64,000 nt of DNA from Fistulifera solaris (lineage: Eukaryota): the NCBI GenBank assembly GCA_030295235.1, contig AP026148.1:310001-374000 (forward strand). The letters are read 5' to 3'. The position numbers and the translations under genes were made by a program. Of the stretch, positions 1 through 11,375 are shown in pieces (position 1 is the first letter of the stretch; every line of letters starts with the position of its first letter). The notes below the pieces were generated by a model. It worked only from the letters and a program-made list of their open reading frames with translations. It was not told the origin of the DNA and did no database searches.

Positions 1-1311
1 CTGGTGGGACGAGGAAGTCTTTCTGATGAAGAGGAAGCTTCCAGTGACAGTCAGGTCCAAGTTTCGAAAAGGGACTTCGAAGATTGACTTTGCGCGACGT
101 GGTGAGGTGTTTATCTATGGTATGACAAAGCAAAGCGTAGCGCAAGCGATAGAGGAAGTGTTATATTTAATGGATGAATCAACCGATGTCGTCCATATCG
201 GGAGATACAGCGATGGTGAAGCCCGTTCTGTGACCCCTACAACGTTTATCACTTCTCGCTTTCTTGCTGAATGTATGAAAGTAAATCCAAACAGACAACT
301 TTACTTTTGTTGCGGGTGCAACCTTTCTGTTGAAGAATCGGTCGCAATTGCATCTCATTCGGAGCCTCTTAACGTGGGTCTGGATTGTTCGTTTGCCGAT
401 CATGGACGTGCTTTTGTCGAAGCGCTAGCTAGACGAACGACGCACGTCGGTACAATTACGGTCTCCGGGCGTTTCTTTGACGATCGATACGCCATGTCTT
501 CTTTCCTTGAGCCCGTTTGCGACGTTAGGAATGTACTTTTGAAAATTTCGGTAAAAACGAGTACATGGGATTTTGAAGTCTCTAAACGTCTTCTGCCGCT
601 GTCTCTACCAACAATGCAGCTTGTGTACCACGTCTACCAACCGATAGAGATGGGTGATATTGAATCGCTCACTATTGTTCCTAAAGCTGTAACGTTGATA
701 TTTCACAGGTCGTTACTAGCGAAATTTTACACAAAGTTTTTGCAGGCCAGCGGAAACTTAGTGGAGCTGGGACTCGTATACAATCCCTTTGGCACGCCAC
801 CATCAAAGGGACAAGAAGCAGAACTTCTGCACGCAATTCAAACAAATCAGAATTTGCTCCGCCTCCAGCTCGGATATTTAAATGTTCTCGCCGATTTTTG
901 GGAAGAGCTGCTTGCGGTGATCGGATCACATTCTAGTCTGAGGTCGGTACTTTGCTGGGTTCTTATTGACCAAAATTTGGTGGAGGAGGTAAATACTTTG
1001 ATTCCTTTTTACAAAAGCATCGTCATTTGCATATTTCATTCAAGAATGAGAATTCGTGGCAACTTGATAGCCAAAGAATCAATGCTATTCTAGAGCCAGT
1101 GCGGGTCCTTAATTGTGTCAATGATCTGACCCGCCAGTCCATCAATGATCGCCCGACAATATTTAGCACTGCTTTGACATGCTGGGCAAGTGGTAGCTCT
1201 TCGAGATTCTACTTACTGTTGAGCGAGAACGCCGATTTGCTTTGTTCTTTGTTGGGCGACCCGCCTTCTGGGGAAACCCAGCACCAAAGAAAGCGACAAA
1301 GACCGCTCTAA
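1..1311 (+). CDS. Hypothetical RNI-like/leucine-rich protein, 5'-truncated by the window, with a frameshift near 1005-1016
   Basis: The frame of ORF 26..1093 is open back to base 2 (WWDEEVFLM...). It has leucine-rich RNI-like segments (NQNLLRLQLGY, HSSLRSV). The C-terminus plausibly continues in ORF 1027..1311 after a shift at the T5/A4 runs. Confidence 0.55.
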
Positions 1312-1870
1312 TTTTCCGTAGTGTTCAAAAATCATCCACACTATTTATAATAAAAGTAATTAGCTTTGTTGGAAAAATTAGCCAATTGGTTATACGTATA
1401 CTAGCTTGACGCTTCCTTATAGAGAACGCTTGCACCGATCGCTGCACGTAAAATACACAAAAGAGTTATTTTTGTCGTCATGTTATGCGTCGATAGAGGA
1501 CATCGGCCTCAAGGAACCTAGTCAACAGCGCATACTGCTTTGTGCCTTCTATTTCCAAACAGACCAACCCTATCAACATCTAAGTGGATTCATCAATTTC
1601 CCAACAACCCACAGGACCAATTGTTTCCCAAGATAGAATGAATTGATTTGCGAACGGCCACATGCAACTCACTCAAACATCAAATGTGCAGTTATGAAAC
1701 GAGCGACTTCCCCAGATTCGGTACTGTGTAATATGATCGCATTGTTCACAGTTAACAATGATCCATCGTCATCTCCAAAACTTCCGAAATGCCTTGTCCT
1801 ACTTTCTTTTTTGTACAAAATGACGATGAAGCTACGAGAAGCACGTCAACATCGAAATGACAACTATTTC

Positions 1871-3408
1871 TTACGCTTTCTTGTTGGCGAGTAAGCGTTT
1901 CGGAAAATCACTCGCATCAAGACCTTTCAAAGAGAATAGACGTGACGCTCGCTCATGCAATGTTCCACCACATTTCACTCCAATTGCCATCAAAGCACCT
2001 TTTAAACGGTCCAGACCAAGTTCCTTTAAGTCTTCGACGGAGTTGTAATCGGTCAAGTTCAGCGGCTCCACTACGAGAGAGCTCTTTGCTGACTTCTCGA
2101 TTTGTGTTGCCTCATTGTGGTTCGTCGTCGCATCGAGGCTCGACTCGAAGTTTTCGTCGTCTGGGTTATCCGATAATTCTTCTACGTTTGTATCCTCTTG
2201 TGTCATAACCTCTTCTATGGCTGTACTCGATGCTACATTATGGCTCATCTCGTCCTTGTGAAGACGAAGTTCCACAATTTCTCCGGGGTTGATACTAATC
2301 ACTGGGAACAAAGAATGCCCTTTTCCCACTTCAAATGCAATCCCTAGGTCTTTCCCGTTTACAAAATACGAAATCGTACCAGTTATTGCCTTGTAAAGAC
2401 AACCCACCACGTCATTGGCTTGCCACGGCTGTGTACCATACTCGGCTGTTTTTTCATCATGCAGTCGTATTTGGCGACTTCCATCGTATCCCCAACTGTT
2501 TTGACAATCACCCACTCCATCCCCCCGACTCGGAGGAGGGTTGAAAGGCCGAATTGGCCCATCCGACTTGGACCACACCTCCGGTCAGAACCACAATTTC
2601 GTAATAGAGTGCATCGGGCAGAGACTGCAAGAGCACACCGACCGTGCAAAAATTCGATTTACTTTGCAGGCGCCATCGGTTACTCTCAAAGGCCAAAGTA
2701 GCATCACCGGAAAGAGTAATCAAGGCAGAAGGTGGATCGGGTTCCATCTTGGCACGTTTTTGTTCACGCAGACCCTCATGCAACGCTCGTTCCAAAGTCG
2801 ACTGTACTTGGGAACTCGCTTGTTCCACAGCTTCGACATAGGCATGTACTTGTCGTTCCTGTAAACGTTTTCCTTCTTCTTTTCTCTGACGAACAGCTTC
2901 TCGATCTTTCTTCCATTGATAGAAGGCTCGTTTCCATTTGCGTTGTTCCTTCTTGGCCGACACATCGGCCCAGGCCGGTAGTTGTAAATGCCAACCGGCA
3001 ATGCCGGTGTCCGTTTGCAACAAAGCTTGCGCCATTTCTTCTTCGGTTGCCGTTCCGGCCTCGACGCGGCGTTTCCATTCCAGCCACAGTTGACCCTCAA
3101 TGGCTTGATTGACGTGTTGCAATCGCCGTCCTTGCAAATCACGACAGGCTCCAAAATTCGACGTCGCCTTGGCCCCCGCTTGACGGGCCTGTCCTTTCAA
3201 CAGAGTTCCAAATCCCCCTTTTCCACCCCGGATTTGACTCACCACACACCGTCCCGAACGGTGGACTCCATTGGGTCAACGTGAGACGGGCACGGGGCCA
3301 GCCGGTGGTGTCGGCGATGGATTCTACAATACGGGTCGGATCGTGGGTGGAAAGAACATGAGTTTGGTTTTGAAAGCGAATGAGTGATTGTAGTAGATTG
3401 TGGTGCAT
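1871..3408 (-). CDS. SDE2: SDE2 (ubiquitin-fold splicing/replication-stress protein) with an internal SPRY domain; two frameshifts (about 3250 and the C6 run at 2521-2526)
   Basis: Has the IRGGKGGFGTLL processing motif plus ACRDLQGRRL (Sde2 N-terminal region). The SPRY signature YYEIVVLTGGVVQVGWA...GDGVGD..SWGYDG...DVVGCL...NGKDLGIAF follows. The C-terminal SDE2/SF3A3-type motif is LGLDRLKGALMAIGVKCGGTLHERASRLF. ATG at 3408. Confidence 0.85.
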
Positions 3409-3838
3409 GGTGAAGGACTGATAGAAGTAAGAAGTAACAAATCGAAGTGATTTTTGTTCATTAGAGGTATGACAAAGAAATGCAATGAACGTTTGTTGCA
3501 GCGGGCAGCGGACGCAATTGAAAATCCGAGTTCCAATAAGGTTAAGGTACGACGCTAGGATTTCGGATCGGACGACTACTCTTGAATGAGGAAGCATGCA
3601 TACAGAACTGGGTAACACCGACACTAACATCCTCATTCATTCCATTCGGTAGAACATGTAACAATCATGGCCAAAAGTGGTGCTTAAGGTTAGTAGAAAA
3701 GTAGTTCATGGCGAATGGGTTAGGTCGACACAATCCTGGACCGAATCATCATCCGATTTCCATTCCTATCAGAGAAAATTTGAAGCAATACAAGTACCTT
3801 CGTCTAACTTCCATTGCAAAAATGGTCATACAATGCCT

Positions 3839-6800
3839 TCAAAAGCCTGAATGTGCGTAGGAAGGGCACTTGTGTGACACAAAGTTCGCTGCGCAAGCCA
3901 TATGCCTTCCATTGTGGAAGACCACGGGTGATTTTGTGAGGAGGACTCCGTCATACGTCAACGGCTGTAAAGTAAATTGGCACAGTTGGTCGTCCGCGAC
4001 GGCGGCTAGAGTACCGGACAGCCTCATGGCGGAAATGGTCTCGAGATCAAACTCCTTCTTTCGTTCCACGCCACATTTAACCGCCAACTCTTCGACTGTC
4101 TTCCAGTCATTCTCAATTTGTGTATAGTCTTTTAACAAGCTCAGCGAACACCACGAGGATGAAAAAGTGTCAATAGTGAAGAGCGAAGATGGGTGTAGCA
4201 TCAGTAAGTCACCCACGGTAGCCACGATGGATCGACAAACACGGACAAATTCCCCCAAGCCGGCAACGTAAGTCTCCAATTTGGGACGCACAGCGTCTTG
4301 TATGCTTTTGGTGAATCCAGCAGCATCTCCCAGAACTATGGAACCCAACGATATCTCGTCGCGTGCCACTGTCATTGCTTGTTGCCAATACGTGGAGGCA
4401 AGCTTCGAATGTGACGACGATAAAAGTACCATGATTTGAATGGAGCGCTGGATACGTTTCTTCCGAGCTTCTGAAACAGGGACTTCTATCCCGATATTGG
4501 CTTCAAAGCAATTGGAAAAATCCACATGTCCACCATTGGATTGAACGCGTATCGCTTCGGGAAGACGCAACGAGGCTTTTTCGACAAATTCTCGCAGCAT
4601 CACCAAGTTTTTGTACTCGGGGTTTTTCAGCAACTCTTCCTCTGGAACTGGCGCTTCGAAAGAGGCAAAATCACCAAAGTTGTCGCTATTTTCCGTCGCT
4701 GGTTCTTGGGGCGGGCTTGCCTGTAAGTCTGGAAGTGGAGCCGATTGAGAAATCTGCTGGTTGGATTCAAAGCCAGAAAAGTCACCGAATGAATCATTTC
4801 CAAATTCGTCTAAAACTTGAGCAGGTTGTTCCAGCGCTTCTGCGTTGCCTGCTGTCGTACTTGATGAAACTCTATCGTTGGCAGCAAAACCAGAGAAATC
4901 CCCAAAGTCTTCTGCCTCAACGGCAAAGTTATGCGCTTCGTCAACCGAAGGCGACTGAAGTTGTGCGACTGTGTGTACAGGCGCAGCATGTTCAAACAGG
5001 TCGGATGAACTCCCTGTGTGAGCTGAGAAAACATCGTGATTGGCGGCGAAGGAATTTTCAGCGGGAAGAGCAGCGCTCAGCTGAGGCCCAGAGCTGGAGG
5101 TAGTATCCACCGCTAAGGATTGTTCATCAATTCCGCCGGGACTTCCAGAAGTAACTCCCGAGAAATCTCCAAAGTCATCCGTCTCACTGGCAGCGTCGTC
5201 TACGGCATCCGATGAAAGTGGAGAAGCCTCATGTTTTTCCTCTTGGAGAGCCACAGCTTGTGTACTTTCGTCAACGGGTTCAAAAGCCTTCATATCGTGC
5301 TTGGCATATGTGCCATCCGAGAAAGCAAGTGGTGAAAGCGGTTTGTCTGACAGATTTCCACCAAGCGCATCAAATGCATCCCATCCCGCGTTAACTTGCT
5401 GGAAAGCTGGTGGTTGTCGACTTTCGCCCGTTTTAAGTTCCGACAATATTCTGCTTGGGTCACATTGGGTCGATAGAGTTGTTACGTCTAACAAACTGGC
5501 TTCTGGTGCACCTGATTGAGTTTTCTCGTTATCCAACGGGTCTCCACTCGCGAAATCACCGAAATCGCTTTCATCCATAGGTGTAGTGTCCTGACTAACA
5601 GCATACGGCGGCACAAGAGACAGGCTCGGATGAATGTCATCCTCGGATTTTTCGTCGACACTCACGTCGGAAACATTGCCCCCAGAACGGCAAACGCGTC
5701 AAATGCCGTTGGAGAATCAGAAGTATCCGGAGGAGTATGAGCTTCACTTTGTTGAACGGTTTTCATCTTATCAGAATCTCCGACAAATTCACCAAAGTCA
5801 TCGTCCTCAACTTGTTCTAAGTCGCCATTTGGAGTTGTACTGTCGGATTTCGGTGCTGCATCCTCTGTAGCCGTGAATGTTTCTAAAGGGGGCAGTGGTG
5901 TGTCCTGTACACCAGATAAAGCGTCCAATGCATCCCAGCCAGACAAGCTGGTGTCGGCGTGATTCGCAAACTCATTTATCTTACCATTGGCATTAAGTGT
6001 TGAAGGAGAGCAAGCATCAGGAATGATGGCTGTTTCGCCTAGTGTCAAATCACTTTTCTCGGCAGGAAAGGTTTCCGTTACTTCTGTACCAGCGAAATCA
6101 CCAAACTCTGTTTCGTCCTCGTCAATGTTGGAAGAAAAGGTTGCATTCTGAATCCTTTCGTGAGATGAAAAATTGGCTCCAGGTTCCGTTGCATCTTCCT
6201 CCCTCGGGGCTGTTGGGCCACCACTACTCTCAAAAACAGCGTGGACTTCCACGTTCGACTCTGCGTCATTAGGAATTGCTTGCGAATCATCAACGATATA
6301 TTGATTTTGTTGCTCCACGACATGTGACGGCACTTCGTTACCATCCGCTGGCTTTATTGAGGGCAGGGGACGGTCCGGTACTTCGAACATTCCTCCAAAG
6401 GCATCGGAGATTGACAGGACCGATGACGCCGCGTTGGATCCAATGGTGGACGTGTTCCATTCATCACCACCATCCTTCGTGCCATCGAACGTCGCGACCC
6501 TTTGTGGCGATGCGTCAAAACTGCCGAAATCGTTGGACGGAACATTCCTTTTGAAATTTCCAAACGTGTCGGGATTCATCTCTGTGTGCGATCCCGGTCG
6601 AATAGTGGAATCCTTGCTATCAGCAGTGCCGAAAGCTACTTGTGGTGTTGTCACCATTGTATCACCGTTATCGTCCAAAGTCGGAAATGAGGAATTGTCT
6701 CCTGCTGAAATGGTTGCCGATACATTCGACATGTCGGGTGGATGAGTTGTCATAAAATAGTTTTGAGTGCTATTCGCTCCCAAACTCCCCTGATTGGAAG

Positions 6801-7569
6801 CACTGTCCACAAAATCCCCAAATTCGTCGTCGTCTACCTTGTTAAGGGTTTCATCCTGCACTGCCTCGGGCTCCTGAAAAAGACTCGGCAGCGGTTTATC
6901 TTCCACTTGCACCAAACCACGGAAAGCATCGTCAATTGTTGTCAATTCCAAGGATGTCGGTAATACCACCACTTCCGATGTTGGTGTCGCATGTGTCATA
7001 GCTGGTGTTGCAAAGGGATCGGGTATTGTTGAAATCAAAGCAGGTAGTTGTGGTGTCATTTGGTTCGGTGGTGGTGGTACTGTCGGGGCAAAGGCATCGG
7101 GCATCGGTGATTGAAATCCCTGCGCTCTTTGATACATCCTTTGCAACTCCATCGTACTGGGTATCACAATTCCTTGAAAGAATGGTAAAGGCAACATCAT
7201 TGATGCCGTTTGCAGTAAACAGTGCCGCAGAATATCTTCGGGTGCTGCGACGACGTGGGATGTTGTTTGTGCGAATAATAATGCAGGCAACAAAGGACCG
7301 TGTTGCGCCAAGGCCGTCAATCGCAACATGGTGTCAAATTGAGTTGTGGTGGACAAATATCCATCCACTTGCGGATCTACGACGGACCACATATGTCGTA
7401 ATACGGAACGATCAATTCCGGAACGACAAAAGAACGGCACCGCTTGTCGTCCCGTCAGGCGAAATATTACTCCAGTGGACGAGTCGGTGATTATTTGAAA
7501 TTCCGTTTGCAACAGAAACCGACTGTACGCTTCCTCCAAAAAGGTGGGTTGATAATAATGATAGAGCAT
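3839..7569 (-). CDS. Large synergin-gamma/aftiphilin-like clathrin-adaptor accessory protein (EH-like N-terminus, about 10 FGxF motifs); frameshift at the C5 run 5679-5683
   Basis: ORFs 5662..7569 and 3839..5665 join if one G is added (VLGGNVSDVSVDEK). The N-terminal LTGRQAVPFFCRSGIDRSVLRHMWSVVD is EH-domain-like. DDFGDF/EFGDF motifs of the gamma-adaptin-ear-binding type are repeated. Confidence 0.7.
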
Positions 7570-7746
7570 ATTGTTTTTTTTTTTCTGAAGTGCGAAAAAA
7601 AATGAATGGAGATTGAATCAGAGTTGTGTTGTCGCAAAAGTCGGGTGTCGGGTCATATTATTATTATGGTCACGAAATAGCGTAAAATACTTGTAGAACG
7701 AGACGATATCGTACATGCGAGTCTCGTGTGGCTTTTTATTGGGCGC

Positions 7747-7850
7747 TTTCACGTACCCAGAAAATGTGGGTGTGTGATATTTCATGTGCCCAGAAAATAT
7801 GGGAATGTGGTATTTCACGTAATCAGGAAATCTGGGTTGCGGTGTTTTCA
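7747..7850. repeat. Degenerate 33-bp tandem repeat (3 copies plus a partial) in a divergent intergenic region
   Basis: The units are tttcacgtacccagaaaatgtgggtgtgtgata (7747), tttcatgtgcccagaaaatatgggaatgtggta (7780) and tttcacgtaatcaggaaatctgggttgcggtgt (7813), followed by tttca. Confidence 0.85.
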
Positions 7851-8059
7851 GTGTTCTGGGCTTGTAAAAGTAGTACGGAGTATTCAAACATCCAGACAAT
7901 CTGATTATGTGGTTTGCACTAGAGAGGTTCGCGTCCCAACGACAAATAATGCGTTCGTCGCGTTCGAAGGTCGTCGCGTCGATGCATCAAAGTAAAGGAA
8001 CATTCTTCGACGAATGAATCGTCGTAATTCTTTTTTACATATGAATAAACAATGATAGT

Positions 8060-9595
8060 ATGACAACAACTCCCACATTACCATGGTGGTATCCGTATCG
8101 TCGCCATCATCAACCTTTTTATCATGGAAATCCCGAAGCCCTCGGTTTTGCTTTGGATTCCGTCGGACGTTCGATCGGTTTTATCGGAGCGGCGGGATTT
8201 TTAGGAACGGCTTTATTGCAATTGGCCCAACAAGAAGTGGGTTGTTCTTCTTCTGCAATGGAAGAATGTGAAGGACGCGTGTACGGGATTTTGCGTCCTT
8301 CGTCCCTCTTGACCACGTATACAATTGTGGTGGGGATTGTCAGTGCAACGTTGTTGCCCTTCCTGGGAGCGGTCGTAGATTATACCGCACATCGACGAAC
8401 GGTGGCTCGTTTCACGTCAATCACCATCTGTTTCTTGATGATTCCACAAATTTATCTCAATCAACAGACCTGGATCATTGTGGCTGGCTTGCAAATGGTC
8501 GTGGCGTTTACCGGATGGGCCCAAACGATGGTATCCCACGCGTATTTACCCGAACTCACCGATCGTGAAGATCGACTCAATGAGTACACCAAATCGTTTA
8601 CGATCATCAACTTTACTTCCATGGTCCTGTATTTGGCGGCCGTCATTGGCCTGGCGTCGTGGTGGAACTTGGGGAATGTCGGGACCGCACAATTGGCCCT
8701 GGCAGTTGCTCTGATCGTTATGATCCCTTTGTTGTATTTGGCCTGGGGACAACTCTTGCAGCCGCGACCACCGGCACGGGTGTTACCGTCCGGTCAGTCG
8801 TTGTGGTCGGCGGGATTCGTCCAAATTTATCATACCGGTCAATACATTCATCGGAATTTACCCACGTTGCGATGGTTTTATACAGCCGTGGCGTTTCTCG
8901 ATGCAGGAATCAAGTGCGTATCCCTGTTGTTGTTGCCGTTTCAAACAGTGGAGGATGATTTTCGTTCGAAGAACTCACTCTTCGCACTTCGCAGTGGACT
9001 GGTGACCGTGACGATTACGTATATGACGGATCAACTCGATTTTTCGTCGACCGAAACGGGGCTGGTCGTTCTGTTGGTGTTGGTGGGGAGCATTCCCGGG
9101 GCACTCCTGGCAAGTCGCGTGGCTTCGTGGTGGGATCCGGTGCGGTCCGCCATGGCCGCTTCCATTCTACTGATTTTGAATACACTGACCGAAGCCATCG
9201 TGTTGAAAGGACCCGGACAACAATTGGCAGCGTATTTCTTCTCCATAGTATGGGGTATAGGGACGGGATGGAAATGGACAAATGATCGCATGTTGGCATC
9301 CATTCTGATACCCAATGGGCAAGACGCGGAATTGATGGGAACGTATCTGTTTGCGAGTCAGTGTCTGACGTGGGTACCGCCATTGGTGTTTACGCTCATG
9401 AATGAATTAGGAGTCAGTCAACGGGTGGGTATAGGTACATTTTCAATTTATTACAGTATTGGTGTTATGGCATTGTGGATGATTGGAGACTATCGACATG
9501 CCGTGGACGTGGCCAAGGCGTCGAGTGGCACCGTCCCAGCAGACGTAGCAGCTACTGCCAAAGCAGCGGATCCGGTTGAAACTGAAAATGGATGA
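8060..9595 (+). CDS. MFS transporter, ATG22/UMF1 family; intron 8914-8994
   Basis: About 12 hydrophobic helices, with the motifs PFLGAVVDYT..RR, AYLPEL, LIPNGQDAELMG. The 81-nt GTGCGT...CTCAC...GCAG intron is in frame and stop-free. Confidence 0.8.
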   Translation: MTTTPTLPWWYPYRRHHQPFYHGNPEALGFALDSVGRSIGFIGAAGFLGTALLQLAQQEVGCSSSAMEECEGRVYGILRPSSLLTTYTIVVGIVSATLLPFLGAVVDYTAHRRTVARFTSITICFLMIPQIYLNQQTWIIVAGLQMVVAFTGWAQTMVSHAYLPELTDREDRLNEYTKSFTIINFTSMVLYLAAVIGLASWWNLGNVGTAQLALAVALIVMIPLLYLAWGQLLQPRPPARVLPSGQSLWSAGFVQIYHTGQYIHRNLPTLRWFYTAVAFLDAGIKCVSLLLLPFQTVEDDFRSKNSLFALRSGLVTVTITYMTDQLDFSSTETGLVVLLVLVGSIPGALLASRVASWWDPVRSAMAASILLILNTLTEAIVLKGPGQQLAAYFFSIVWGIGTGWKWTNDRMLASILIPNGQDAELMGTYLFASQCLTWVPPLVFTLMNELGVSQRVGIGTFSIYYSIGVMALWMIGDYRHAVDVAKASSGTVPADVAATAKAADPVETENG

Positions 9596-9842
9596 TGCGA
9601 AGAAGGGGATGCAAGGCGCTTGATATCATCACATTGCGAGCGGCTTCAATGCACTGATTCCTTGAAAGTGACGAAATTAGTTGACTCGCAAATGCTGATG
9701 GCTGCGGTCTTGGTAGCTACCAGTACCCATTTTAGAATTGCATGCCGTATTTGCGGCTACAGGCAATAGAGCTATTACAGTTGGCAACTCATGTTTTAGC
9801 GAAGTCATTATTGTACAGTGTACAGGCTTTAGGCTAAGCAGA

Positions 9843-10601
9843 TCAATTCGCCGTTCCACGAAGAGTCTGCCCTTTCGGGGCCAATTTTCGTTTCTTATGC
9901 AAGTTTCCTCTAACATCGGTTCCGTAGAGTTTTTCATCGTCCTTACTGGCATTGTTCGGGACGGGTTGTTTGGGGGGATAAGCGGCAGAGGATGGAGTCG
10001 GTACCACCGCACGAGTGGGAGTCGCTACCGGTACGGTAGCTCGAACTGGAGCCGGTACCGGGATATCGGGAGCACCTCCTCCTCCGTTGCCTCCCGACAA
10101 GCAACCGCAGGGTGTTGCGAAGTAATTTTGCATGGGGCGACACATGCGCTCCTCCAGATTTCCATTTTTAGCAATCCAGTAAAGGTCACCACAAGTTGGC
10201 GTTCCGGGGATAGTTGCAACAGCAGTCAGAGAATTTGGGTTTCTTGGGAATGAACCGTTAGCACATAGATTACAAGGTGGATGAGGACCGTGATTATACT
10301 TTGTTCCTGGTGACGGAGTTGGTGCTTGTGCGATAGGCGCTGGATCAAAATTTGGGTTGCAGCATCGATCATAATGAAGACTTTGGAGATTTCTGCATTG
10401 GCTACTGCCTTGAGGACTGCCGTGTGAAGGATCTGCCATTTGATTCGCGAGAAGACCACAGGAGGTGCCTTTAGAGTCGACGAGTTCCGAAAACCGAACC
10501 GGTGGGCCACAGCCATCACAAAGGCAGCAGAGACCAATAGTTTCGTCACCGACTGCGAAGCGAAGGACCGATAAGGCGAGTATGTAGATGGAACGATGCA
10601 T
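9843..10601 (-). CDS. Secreted cysteine-rich protein with two Cys modules and Pro/Thr-rich linkers
   Basis: Signal peptide MHRSIYILALSVLRFAVG. Two CxxC...C...C...C(G/C)C modules, a PVPAPVRATVPVATPT linker and a C-terminal RGNLHKKRKL...LRG. Confidence 0.75.
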   Translation of the reverse strand: MHRSIYILALSVLRFAVGDETIGLCCLCDGCGPPVRFSELVDSKGTSCGLLANQMADPSHGSPQGSSQCRNLQSLHYDRCCNPNFDPAPIAQAPTPSPGTKYNHGPHPPCNLCANGSFPRNPNSLTAVATIPGTPTCGDLYWIAKNGNLEERMCRPMQNYFATPCGCLSGGNGGGGAPDIPVPAPVRATVPVATPTRAVVPTPSSAAYPPKQPVPNNASKDDEKLYGTDVRGNLHKKRKLAPKGQTLRGTAN

Positions 10602-11375
10602 GCTTATTTCAATATTCTCTTTGGTTCATTCTGTTTACCCCTTGGCCGCAACTTGAAATTGTGAAGAAATGGGCACATTGGGCATAAGGAGTATCATTTT
10701 TAATTTCGGCTTCATTTGCCAGATTTAAAGCAATCATCATGGTTTTATCGTCCATATTACCCGTTCCGATGCCAAAAATTGAAGAATTCCGGCGATGGAA
10801 TGTGGTTGTCGAAGGATCTTCGTGTGTGGATCGTCCACCGGGTCGAGCTTCAGATGTTGGGAATATTCGTTTGGCTTCGAAAGTTGGTAACGGCAGGAAA
10901 GCATGACGTTGATGACATTCAGTACTCGTTGTCCGATAGTCTATGGGATGAAAAAAGTTTGTTGGACCCTTATCGATCTAAGGGGAACGGTCCCAAAGCG
11001 TCACTCCGCCCAGCGACAATCCGTTGGACGGAGAGGTCACGTGAAGACAAGGTCAAAGCGCACAAAAATTGCTCGCTGAACCGTGGGGATGAACGTTGAG
11101 GGGATACCATACGATACGTTGTAGAAATTGATGTCTAACCGTTACCAAAAGGTACAATGTGTGAAACTTCAACAGAAACGCTTGCCACATGTAGACAAAC
11201 GGCGAATTCTAAGGTTAGGGATTTTGCTGATATTAGCCTAGAGAGGAAAAACATATGCAACTTGAGTATAAGCTAAAAGGGTGCCATCACTTTGTTTAAC
11301 TGAGATCCAACTATCCCAATAATCAGAGACTCGACTCTACTTCAGTTCAAATTCTGTAACGAACGAGCAATGATC

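Noticed and set aside
7747..7850. 33-bp repeats as a CRISPR array
   Set aside because: The units are head-to-tail and degenerate with no unique spacers, there are no cas genes, and the context is eukaryotic.
10716..11099. 127-aa intergenic ORF (similarly 59467-59832 and 56618-56929)
   Set aside because: No recognisable motifs, several lack an ATG start, and they lie in promoter regions of neighbouring genes.
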